Part shown: piece by piece, positions 1 to 8,189 of the stretch
How the letters are laid out: every line of letters begins with the position of its first letter
Position numbering within the stretch: position 1 is the first letter of the stretch
Assembly (NCBI GenBank): GCA_014240275.1
Contig: JAAZXH010000004.1
Span: 11,342-75,341, forward strand
Reading direction: 5' to 3'
DNA from: Candidatus Peregrinibacteria bacterium
GTDB taxonomy: Bacteria > Patescibacteriota > Gracilibacteria > UBA1369 > GCA-2718715
Length of the DNA: 64,000 nt
Translations under genes and position numbers: made by a program
Notes under the pieces: model-generated
What the model saw: the letters and a program-made list of their open reading frames with translations, nothing else
Told to the model about the DNA's origin: nothing
Databases searched by the model: none

Positions 1-96
1 AAACTATTTTTACAAGAAAAAGGTACTGGTTCTTTTAAATTTTTTAATGTTCCGTTTGGCCCAAATGCAAAACAATTTTTAGCTTCAGGGACGGAT

Positions 97-915
97 ATGA
101 CTTACATTTCTGATAAGGATAATTTGTTAGAAATTGTGGTTGAAAAAGAACCCGGGTTTGCTGAGTTGTGGAGCTTGATTTCTTATCATTTACTATATAA
201 TATAGATGATTATTTACATGATATTATAGATTTATTCCAAAGAATAAAAATAGATAAATCTTCTAAAATTTTGGATACCTGTGTGGGTGGAGGTTTTTTA
301 ACAACAGAATTAATAGAAAAAGGTTTTGATATAACAGCGGCTGATATAAACCCTATAAACATGCAGGTGTTTAAGAATAAGTTAGAAAAAAAAGGTTTAC
401 AGGCTAAACTTGTAGAGTCCTCTTGGATGGACTTAGAAAAGAAGTTTAAGCGCGCATCTTTTGATATGCTGTTTAATCGTGGCAACGTGATAATATATGC
501 AAATGGGGGCTGGAACCAACCTACCGACATCAACAGGAAGAATTCTATTAAAATGCTAAAAAAAACACTACAAGTTTACTTTGAGCTTTTAAAACCAGGA
601 GGTTATTTGTATGTAGACAAGCACAAAGATAATGAGGTTCCCTCCAAGAAAGTGGTGGCAAAACTTAGGATTAAAGAGACCAAAGAAAAAAAAGATGTGG
701 TTTTTTACGTAGAAAAAAAACCATTAAAGAATTATAGATATGCTGCAGCTCTCTTAAGAAATAAAAATGGTCAAGAGGAGGGCTTGCCAAATATGGCTTA
801 CGATTTAAGTGAAGAAGAAATGGAAGCTATCTTGCAAGAGGTAGGGTTTGAATGTCAGAAATTGAAGTTAAAATCAGAAAGGCACTTTGTGTGTTGGTTG
901 GCACGAAAACCATAA
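97..915 (+). CDS. class I SAM-dependent methyltransferase
   Basis: 272-aa ORF with SAM motif I 'KILDTCVGGGFLT', 'ITAADIN' and 'LLKPGGYLYVD'. The frame stays open back to nt 1, so the true start may lie upstream of the window. Confidence 0.7.
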   Translation: MTYISDKDNLLEIVVEKEPGFAELWSLISYHLLYNIDDYLHDIIDLFQRIKIDKSSKILDTCVGGGFLTTELIEKGFDITAADINPINMQVFKNKLEKKGLQAKLVESSWMDLEKKFKRASFDMLFNRGNVIIYANGGWNQPTDINRKNSIKMLKKTLQVYFELLKPGGYLYVDKHKDNEVPSKKVVAKLRIKETKEKKDVVFYVEKKPLKNYRYAAALLRNKNGQEEGLPNMAYDLSEEEMEAILQEVGFECQKLKLKSERHFVCWLARKP

Positions 916-920
916 ACTAA

Positions 921-942
921 AGACCTTCAAATGAAGGCCTTT
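921..942. terminator. weak bidirectional hairpin between convergent genes
   Basis: AGACCTTC-aaat-GAAGGCCT stem (8 bp, one mismatch) lies between the stops at 915 (+) and 970 (-). The T-tract is poor. Confidence 0.3.
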
Positions 943-969
943 AGAAAATACGTTTTAAGGAGTCTAGCT

Positions 970-1788
970 TTAAGAGATTTTAATTGGAAAATTATCTATT
1001 GCAAAACTTTCAGAACAATTAAGAACAAGCGGACCAAATTTCTGAATCTCTCCATTGTGTTTAATTGTACCATTTCTTAAATTCACTGTGCCATTGTTAA
1101 ATTCTTGAATACTATATGAGGTTTCTCCGTTTCCAATATTGACAGTGTGACTGTTTATAACCTTTACTTCATTAATTGATTCAGGAAGCAATATTTGATC
1201 AGCCCCAGTAATACTCACTTGTTCACAACCCTCTGTTACGTGAAAGCTTGATTGAGAGTCTCCAGGTTTTACATTACAGACATTACCGCGAGCACTGTAA
1301 TCCTGTAGATAAATTTCAGGAGTCACATACCCTGCGAATTTTCTTGTTTGAGGAGATGTAAAATTACCATTAACGTTTAACAAATGGAATCTAGAGGAAC
1401 CTACTTCTAGAGAAGATAAATCAAACGGATGAAAGGCACCATGTATCCACAGTGCGCCAACTCCATTAAACAAGTCTAGGTTCAACAATGGAATATAAGA
1501 CCTGTGGTCTAAATTGTTAATTACTACCCTTGTTTTCTCGTTTATTAATTGAGAAATCTCCTCTGGGGAGTACGGCTTGTAATAATCTGGCCTTATACCA
1601 CGGGTTAAACCTTCGTAACTTGGACACCCTTCTTCTGTTAAGTGTACTACATTGAGAGTTTCGTTATCTGCTCGATAATGATAAAACCAATTTTTTGTGT
1701 TTACAGTTTTCATATATAAATGATTAATTGTTAACTTATTTATAGCTGGTTTGTAAACAAATGTCAATAAAAGCCCCGCCGTATTCAT
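970..1788 (-). CDS. hypothetical protein
   Basis: 272-aa ORF with no family motif I recognise. An alternative start is Met26 (MKTVNTKNWFY). It looks slightly GC-richer than its surroundings by eye. Confidence 0.5.
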   Translation of the reverse strand: MNTAGLLLTFVYKPAINKLTINHLYMKTVNTKNWFYHYRADNETLNVVHLTEEGCPSYEGLTRGIRPDYYKPYSPEEISQLINEKTRVVINNLDHRSYIPLLNLDLFNGVGALWIHGAFHPFDLSSLEVGSSRFHLLNVNGNFTSPQTRKFAGYVTPEIYLQDYSARGNVCNVKPGDSQSSFHVTEGCEQVSITGADQILLPESINEVKVINSHTVNIGNGETSYSIQEFNNGTVNLRNGTIKHNGEIQKFGPLVLNCSESFAIDNFPIKIS

Positions 1789-1856
1789 TTAAACCTTTGT
1801 TTAAAACGATATTTGTTGTTATTTAATGACAAAATTTATATTAGAATCTATATTTT

Positions 1857-2072
1857 TCAATCACAAAAACCACGAACCCCAATAGCCTCTATCTCTTTTT
1901 GCAAAATATCTAAATCATTATCAGCGGATCCTCAAGGCTGCGATGCGCTATAAGCTCTAAAAAAAGTCACCGCAGCACCCCATCCGCTTTCAGCCAACTT
2001 CAAAGCAAAAGCAGGCCCAACTCCAAACTTTCTACTAACACCTGTTATCAAGGCAGCTGATCTATTTAACAT
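1857..2072 (-). pseudogene. truncated short-chain dehydrogenase/reductase (SDR) gene remnant
   Basis: The minus strand from ATG 2072 reads MLNRSAALITGVSRKFGVGPAFALKLAESGWGAAVTFFRAYSASQP*. After the in-frame TGA (1932-1934) the same frame continues as GSADNDLDILQKEIEAIGVRGFCD*. This matches the Rossmann N-terminus of SDRs (TGxxxGxG ... E.ieaaGg.a..v.aD), which breaks off after about 70 of an expected ~250 codons. Confidence 0.45.
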
Positions 2073-2168
2073 AGTTATTTTTAGATTTACAAAAACGCTA
2101 CATTAAAAACACTCAAAACAAAAAAATCTACCTTTAAACCGTCGCAACCTAAAAATCCGACGAGTCTG

Positions 2169-2603
2169 TGGTGGAGATGCCGGGAGTCGAACCCGGGTCT
2201 TTAAGTGGAGATAGTAAACTTCTACCATGATAGTTTAATTTTTTAAAATTCGAATTCTTACTATAAAACTAAACAAAACATAAGAATTTATAGCTCTAAG
2301 TTTCAACCAAAGTGCGAGCGGGTTTTGGTCTATCCTCTAAATTGCCCTAAGTAAACTCGAGGAGCGCATACTTAAGGTCGAACCCACTATAGGGGTTCTA
2401 AGCTAAGTGTAAGAAAACTAAGCTGCAACAGCAGCTAATTTTTGACCAGCAAAAAGTTGTGCCGCTTTTGCGTAAGCGCTTAAGTTTCCTTCTTCAGTTT
2501 TAGCATTTGTGTTTGCATTGACGGATCTACCGGGGGACAATGCAACCCCGACATGGCCATTTAGTACCTCGAATCACTCAAATCGAGAACCAATTTCATC
2601 CCC
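2169..2603 (-). ncRNA. ssrA: tmRNA (transfer-messenger RNA)
   Basis: The minus strand starts GGGGATGAAATTGGTTCTCGA and ends GGGTTCGACTCCCGGCATCTCCACCA. The acceptor stem GGGGATG/CATCTCC includes the G3-U70 alanine identity pair. The T-arm is tRNA-like and CCA is encoded. An internal tag frame (2516->2418) begins GCA AAC and ends GCT GCT GTT GCA GCT TAG. Confidence 0.85.
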
Positions 2604-2639
2604 AATATTTTAAAGGCCTAACTTTATTATATCGTAGTT

Positions 2640-3164
2640 TTATGAGCCGTCAAGTCTTTGTTTCAATTTGTTAATTAAAGAAATGTAAGCTAAGGCTTTG
2701 TTTGCATGGTCTAAAATTTCTTTGCGTTTCCCTGGAAACTCTAAACTAAGTTGTGAAAAAACCGGTACGTTTGTGATCTTTGGTTCAAACAAACGGGTGA
2801 TTTGCTCTTGAATCCGTGGGTCACACAAGGCTGGGTTGGTGCTAGCCTTGAGGTCTTGGACGAATTGATGGCTTTGCAGAACATACTGAGAGCGTAAATA
2901 CGTATATAAGATCGTTTCGAAGGCTTTAATTTGCTCTACTTTATTGAGTTCTCTGATGCTTGGATCCAAACCTCTTAAAATCTTTTTGATTTGCGGGTGA
3001 AAGCCTCGCGGTATTTGTAATTGTGCCACGTATTCTTCTAAGGTGAATTGTTTGTTCTGAGTAAGCGCAGGAGGGTCAATGTTTTCTACACAGGCGGGCG
3101 TAGTTAATAAGCTGGCTGCTGATAAACCAATAGCTGAAATAAAACTTTTAGGACTTAGCTTCAT
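2640..3164 (-). CDS. hypothetical exported protein
   Basis: 174-aa ORF with a signal-peptide-like N-terminus, MKLSPKSFISAIGLSAASLLTTPAC. It overlaps the mfd 3' end by 17 nt, which suggests co-transcription. Confidence 0.55.
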   Translation of the reverse strand: MKLSPKSFISAIGLSAASLLTTPACVENIDPPALTQNKQFTLEEYVAQLQIPRGFHPQIKKILRGLDPSIRELNKVEQIKAFETILYTYLRSQYVLQSHQFVQDLKASTNPALCDPRIQEQITRLFEPKITNVPVFSQLSLEFPGKRKEILDHANKALAYISLINKLKQRLDGS

Positions 3165-6100
3165 AGTTTAGGGATAGTGCTTGTAATGATTTTATCAAAG
3201 CTTCTATCCAATGTACACCTAAATCGCTGATTAGGACCTTCAGCGTTTCGGAGGAAATTTGCCATTTGTTGTTTGTCTCTAGCATATTCATGATGTTTTC
3301 GGGCTTTACTTGGCCTGACATGGTCAGAACTATTTGCTGTCCTAGCCTAGCATTACCTAAATTTACCAATTTGACATTTTTTAAGTTTGCCTTTTTAGCT
3401 AAGATTTTTATGTGAATAATTTTGAACAAATTGTAAACTTCGCTTGGAATCCGGCCGTGTTCTTCTTGAATGTCTTCTTCTATTTCTTTTAAATACTCTA
3501 AAGTGTCGGCGGAGGATAGTTTTTGGTATAAAGATATTTTGTCTTTTGAGTTACTGATAAAGGAATCTGGAATAAAGGCTGTAATTGGCAATTCGATGGT
3601 TACATCTGTTTCTTGTTGGCTTTCGGTTTTCTTTCCGGACTGGAGTTCAAGAACTGCCTTATTGAGCATTCTTAAGAAGTGTGAAACTCCAACTACGTTC
3701 ATGGCGCCGGACTGTGAAGCTCCGAGAATTTCACCGGCTCCTCGGATTTCTAGATCTTTCATGGCTATTTGGAACCCAGAACCAAGCTCAGAGGCTTCTA
3801 CGATGGCCTTAAGGCGTTTTTTTGCGTCTATCTTGAGTCTTTGTCCGTGGTAGAGTAAATACGCGTATGCCTGGGTCTTACCACGCCCAACTCGTCCTCT
3901 TAGTTGGTACAGTTGTGAAAGGCCAAATTGTTCAGCCCGATTTACAATTAGAGTGTTAGCGTTTGGTAAGTCGATTCCGTTTTCAATAATAGTTGAACTG
4001 ATTAATACGTGAAACTCACCTTTGGTGAAAGACATAATTCTTTTTTCGAGTTCTTGCGGAGCAAGTTGTCCGTGAGCTACTATGAACTTCACGCCTGGCA
4101 TGATTGAGCGTAATTTGTTGGCGAAGGTTTCAATGGTTTGTACCCGATTGTGTAAAATATAAACTTGGCCTTTTCTGGCAATTTCGTTTTCGACAGCTTG
4201 CTTGATTAAGTTTTCGGAAAACTTGCGAACTTCGGTAATTACGGGTAGTCGTCCGTGGGGTGGAGTGGTGATAGTGGTAATGTCTCGTAATTTGTGGAGA
4301 CAAATATTTAAAGTTCTTGGAATTGGTGTGGCGGTTAAGGTGAGGATATCAACAGCGGAGCGAATTTTTTTCAGTTTTTCTTTTTGCTCTACCCCGAACC
4401 TTTGTTCTTCATCAACAATTAATAAACCTAAATTTTTAAATTTGACGTCAGCTTGTAATAAACGGTGGGTTCCGATAATAATGTCTATTTCGCCTTTGGC
4501 AAGTTTTTCTAAAATTTTCTTTTGTTCGGCCTTGGTTTTAAAGCGTGATAAAAGATCCACGCGTACATGAAAATCTGCCATTCTTTTTTGGAAAGATTTG
4601 TAGTGCTGGTCAGCTAAAATAGTGATTGGTGAAATAAAGGCAACCTGTTTTTTATTAGTGAAAGCTTTGAAGGCGGCTCGCATAGCTACCTCGGTTTTAC
4701 CAAACCCTACGTCTCCACAAACTAGCCTGTCCATAGGTTGATCGGTTTCCATATCTTTTTTTACGTCCATGATGGCTTTGATTTGGCCTGGTGTTTCTTC
4801 GTATGGAAAGGTTTCTTCAAACTGGTCTTGCAGGTCGTTATCTGGTCCAAAGCTGTGGCCTTTGGCGGCTTGTCTTTCTGCAAAAAGTTTTAATAGTTCT
4901 TTAGCAATTTTTTGGGTTTCTTTATTAACTTTCTTTTGTATATTGGCCCATTCTGTTCCGCCTAAACGGGTTAGTTTTGGGGCATCTTCTTCGGAACCTA
5001 TATATTTAGAAATTCGGTCGGCCTGATCAACTGGAACAAATAGTTTATCGCCTTGGGCATAAGCTAGTTCAATATATTCTTTAGTAATGTCTTGAACTTT
5101 ACGGGTTTGCATGCTGGTAAATCTGCCGATGCCGTGGTCTGCATGGACTATTAGATCCGAAACCTTTAGTGAGGTAAGTAGGTCGAGATATATTTGTTGG
5201 TTGTTTTTAATTTTTTTAACTTTACCTAAAACTCCTGGAATATCTTTGTCTGTAATAACTAGGGTTTGGGTTGGGGCATGTGAAAAAGCGTTTGGGTAGT
5301 TATCTTTTTCATCCAGTTGGTGTAGGTATAAGCCAGCTTGATTCTTTTTTAAGTTTACTAGGTTCTTTTCGTATACTACGTTATGATCATCTAAAAGCTG
5401 CTCTATTGATTTATTTTGCTTGCTTAAAATAATGGTTTGATATCCTTGTTTTTTCTTAAGTTGCATATCTGAAATAAAGTCGAAGGAGCTATGATATTTT
5501 AAAACGGAGGCAAAGCCAGCATGCCTGTGATTTGTTTCGTCTTCGCTAAAACTTACTAAGCTGAATTTTTTATTATCATTTAAACCGTCTAAAAAGTGTT
5601 TATAGAGTTTAAAATCTTCTTCAATAATTTCTAGTTCTCCCTCAATGTAAATGGTGTTGCTTGTAATAAGATCCGAAATTTTGAATTCGGAACGGGCTTT
5701 TAAAATTGGCCGAACTTGAATAGAGTCTAGTTGCGTGAGTGATTTTTGGTAGTCTAAAGAACAAACTTCTATGCTTGTAATTTCTTCAAAGTCTAGGTGC
5801 AGGCGAATTGGGAAGTCTAAATTGACTGGGAAAATTGTAATAATGTCACCACGGCAGTAATATTGGCCTTGTTCGACTTCGATGGTTTGGCCAATTTGAT
5901 AACCTGCTTGAATTAAACTTTCAAATACTTCTGTGTTTTTCACCGTTTGACCCGTGCTAAAGTCTAAACTATTTGCAAAAGCCTTTGGATCATAACCGTC
6001 AGATAGAGCGTCAACGTAATTTGCTATAAACAAGCCTTTTTCACCTTGGTGCAGTTTAGAAATGAAGTTTAATAATTCTAGGTTGTTTTGTTCTTGAATC

Positions 6101-6381
6101 TGTTTGTCGGTGTGTGGGTTGGCTTCCAAGTTTAGAATGTGCAAAGCAGTAGCTGAAAATAATTCCAAATTTTGGATGTGTTCCTTTAAGTCTCCGTTGG
6201 CATTTACCATTAAAAAGAAGTTTTGATCTTTAGCCTGGCGCACTAGGTTGCTGATTGTTAGGGCCTTGGAACTGGTGTTCGAAAACCCCGACATTGAAAG
6301 GTTAGCAAACTCTTCAAGCTCTTGATAAAGATTTGCTTGAAAAGATTTCGGCCAATTGCTTATAAGTGACTTAATGTTCAT
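3148..6381 (-). CDS. mfd: transcription-repair coupling factor
   Basis: 1077 aa. Carries a CarD-like 'HADHGIGRF', Walker A 'GDVGFGKTEVA', 'VDEEQRFGV', 'TATPIPRTL' and the superfamily-2 helicase C-terminal motif 'QLRGRVGRG'. Confidence 0.95.
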   Translation of the reverse strand: MNIKSLISNWPKSFQANLYQELEEFANLSMSGFSNTSSKALTISNLVRQAKDQNFFLMVNANGDLKEHIQNLELFSATALHILNLEANPHTDKQIQEQNNLELLNFISKLHQGEKGLFIANYVDALSDGYDPKAFANSLDFSTGQTVKNTEVFESLIQAGYQIGQTIEVEQGQYYCRGDIITIFPVNLDFPIRLHLDFEEITSIEVCSLDYQKSLTQLDSIQVRPILKARSEFKISDLITSNTIYIEGELEIIEEDFKLYKHFLDGLNDNKKFSLVSFSEDETNHRHAGFASVLKYHSSFDFISDMQLKKKQGYQTIILSKQNKSIEQLLDDHNVVYEKNLVNLKKNQAGLYLHQLDEKDNYPNAFSHAPTQTLVITDKDIPGVLGKVKKIKNNQQIYLDLLTSLKVSDLIVHADHGIGRFTSMQTRKVQDITKEYIELAYAQGDKLFVPVDQADRISKYIGSEEDAPKLTRLGGTEWANIQKKVNKETQKIAKELLKLFAERQAAKGHSFGPDNDLQDQFEETFPYEETPGQIKAIMDVKKDMETDQPMDRLVCGDVGFGKTEVAMRAAFKAFTNKKQVAFISPITILADQHYKSFQKRMADFHVRVDLLSRFKTKAEQKKILEKLAKGEIDIIIGTHRLLQADVKFKNLGLLIVDEEQRFGVEQKEKLKKIRSAVDILTLTATPIPRTLNICLHKLRDITTITTPPHGRLPVITEVRKFSENLIKQAVENEIARKGQVYILHNRVQTIETFANKLRSIMPGVKFIVAHGQLAPQELEKRIMSFTKGEFHVLISSTIIENGIDLPNANTLIVNRAEQFGLSQLYQLRGRVGRGKTQAYAYLLYHGQRLKIDAKKRLKAIVEASELGSGFQIAMKDLEIRGAGEILGASQSGAMNVVGVSHFLRMLNKAVLELQSGKKTESQQETDVTIELPITAFIPDSFISNSKDKISLYQKLSSADTLEYLKEIEEDIQEEHGRIPSEVYNLFKIIHIKILAKKANLKNVKLVNLGNARLGQQIVLTMSGQVKPENIMNMLETNNKWQISSETLKVLISDLGVHWIEALIKSLQALSLNYEAKS

Positions 6382-7491
6382 TTAAACCCTAAGAGGCATT
6401 ATTATATATAAAAAGTTGGAATTATCTGGTTCGGTAATCTTGACAGGGGTTGTTTTTTCATTTACGGACATGTTGATTTCTAAAACGTTTAAGGCTGATA
6501 AAAGGTCTGTTAGATATTGAGAGTTAATAGAAATTTGATTATCACTACCAGAAGCTGCAACTGGTATTTCGCTTAATTCTTGCCCAACTCGCGTTTGATC
6601 AGACTTGATGATCAAAGTTTGCTTAGCTTGGTCTAGGTTGATGTGAATAGAATTATTGGCTTCTTTTGCAAATAAATTAACTCTTTTTAAAGCAATGTTT
6701 AGCTCTTCTTTATCGATTTTTGCTTCTGTGTTAGCTTCTTTTGGTAAAATTTTACTGTATTCTGGATACTTTCCGTCGATAAGTCGAGAGATCAACGTGA
6801 CGTTTTCGATTTGAAAACTAACCTGGTTTTTAGAAAGATAAATTGTTATGTCGTTAGGATTGATGCTGGTAATAATGCGGCTGAGTTCTTGCAAAGCTCT
6901 TTGCGGAATAATTACTTGCAGGTTTTCTTCAACGGCTATGGCCTGTGGAATTTTATATTCTGATAAGCGGTAAGAGTCTGTAGCTGCAAAGGTTAGATTT
7001 TCTTTAGATATTTCAAGAAAAACACCGGCTAAAACAGGTTGGGTAGTGTTAATAGAACATGCAAAACTTGTGTAATTTAAGGCTTTTAAGAGTTCTGCAG
7101 CTTGTAAGCTTAAGGAAATATCCGATTCTATTTTTGGAATATTTGGGTAGTCTAAGGCTTCAATTGTGTTGATCGTTGTTGAAGATTTGCTACTTTCTAT
7201 TGAAAGGAGTTTGTTGTCGTTGAGAGTTAAGGAGAGGTCTTCGTTTTTGAGTAAAGAGACGTAAGATTGCAAAAGTTTTGCTGGAACTGTGATAGAACCT
7301 TCTTGGATGATTTCGGCTTGAATTGGTTCTACGATAGCAATTTCTAGGTTGGTTGCAGATAAAGTTAGGGTTTGATCTTTCGCTACTAGCAAAAGATTGT
7401 TCAAAATTGGCAAAGTATTGTTGTTGTTTACTGCTTTTGAAACTATGTTTAGAGCTGCACCGAGATTTTTTTGATTAACCTTTACTTGCAT
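6382..7491 (-). CDS. dnaN: DNA polymerase III beta sliding clamp
   Basis: 369 aa with a typical clamp N-terminus 'LNIVSKAV..NTLPILNNLLLVA' and a three-domain length. Its stop codon abuts the mfd start with a 0-nt gap. Confidence 0.93.
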   Translation of the reverse strand: MQVKVNQKNLGAALNIVSKAVNNNNTLPILNNLLLVAKDQTLTLSATNLEIAIVEPIQAEIIQEGSITVPAKLLQSYVSLLKNEDLSLTLNDNKLLSIESSKSSTTINTIEALDYPNIPKIESDISLSLQAAELLKALNYTSFACSINTTQPVLAGVFLEISKENLTFAATDSYRLSEYKIPQAIAVEENLQVIIPQRALQELSRIITSINPNDITIYLSKNQVSFQIENVTLISRLIDGKYPEYSKILPKEANTEAKIDKEELNIALKRVNLFAKEANNSIHINLDQAKQTLIIKSDQTRVGQELSEIPVAASGSDNQISINSQYLTDLLSALNVLEINMSVNEKTTPVKITEPDNSNFLYIIMPLRV

Positions 7492-7560
7492 TAATTCAGG
7501 TGAAATTTGTATATCTATATTAGATTTATTTTAAGAAAATGCAAGCTATTTTTGTTTTGT

Positions 7561-8165
7561 TTAAGCTTTTTTATGTATTATTAAAGATATATATATAAAT
7601 ATAAAAACAAATTAGTAGTAGTAATAATAGTACTCTGGATTGTGGAAAAGTTTTGAGTATGAGTTTTGCTTTATTTTAAGCGGGTGTGTTTTTGTAATAA
7701 TTTGTATGATTGCACTTCTAGAAGCTGAAATCAAGGGTTGGTTGTGGAAAAGTTTGTTGGTTTTGGTGAGTGAGATTTGTCAAAAGCCTAAAGTTTTTAT
7801 ATTAGAAAAGCGAGAATTTATGGTGAGGGAGTTTTAAACATATATGTTGAAATTATGTGTAAAACCTGTGGATAAACTCTTGATTAATCATATGAATGTA
7901 GGTTTGTATAGTCAGTGGGGTGTTCAAAAGCTTATGGATTGTATTGCCTTTTTAAAAGCGGTTTTAACGAAAGAAAGCCAAAAAGATTTGCAGGGTTTTT
8001 GAACTACATATTAAGTATTGTTGTTGATAAAGTTTTGCACAAAGTTTTCGAAACTTGTGGATAAGTTTGTTTTGCACAAAGTTATGCACGGGTTTTTGCA
8101 CATTCTATACAAGCTTTATTTGGCTTTTTATAAACAAAAAAAAAGTTATGCACATAATATGCACA
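7561..8165. promoter_or_regulatory. candidate replication origin: AT-rich tract plus DnaA-box cluster
   Basis: Perfect TGTGGATAA boxes (complement of TTATCCACA) at 7867-7875 and 8056-8064. TGTGGAAAA at 7641-7649 and 7743-7751. TTTTGCACA at 8033-8041, 8070-8078 and 8094-8102. TTATGCACG at 8082-8090, TTATGCACA at 8146-8154 and ATATGCACA at 8157-8165. A nearly pure A/T stretch runs 7561-7635. The region is non-coding and lies directly upstream of dnaN. Confidence 0.55.
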
Positions 8166-8189
8166 ACTTATAAATAGTCTTGTTTACGA

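Noticed and set aside
1857-2072. Possibility that the in-frame TGA in the SDR-like fragment indicates UGA recoding (code 4/25-type genome)
   Set aside because: Every other gene gives a full-length product in the standard code. murJ terminates at a TGA exactly where the next gene starts, and a complete RF2 (which reads UGA) is encoded. The fragment is also truncated by a second TGA and a TAG, so a pseudogene is the simpler reading.
900-2170. Searched for an integrase gene or a direct repeat of the tmRNA 3' end that would define an ssrA-inserted island
   Set aside because: None was found by eye. The island idea is kept only as a low-confidence inference in the findings.
7640-7837. 65-aa ORF in the dnaN-rnj intergenic region
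   Set aside because: It begins with TTG inside a DnaA-box (TGTGGAAAA), spans further boxes, and has an implausible Cys/Phe/Trp-rich composition. The region is better explained as an origin or regulatory sequence.
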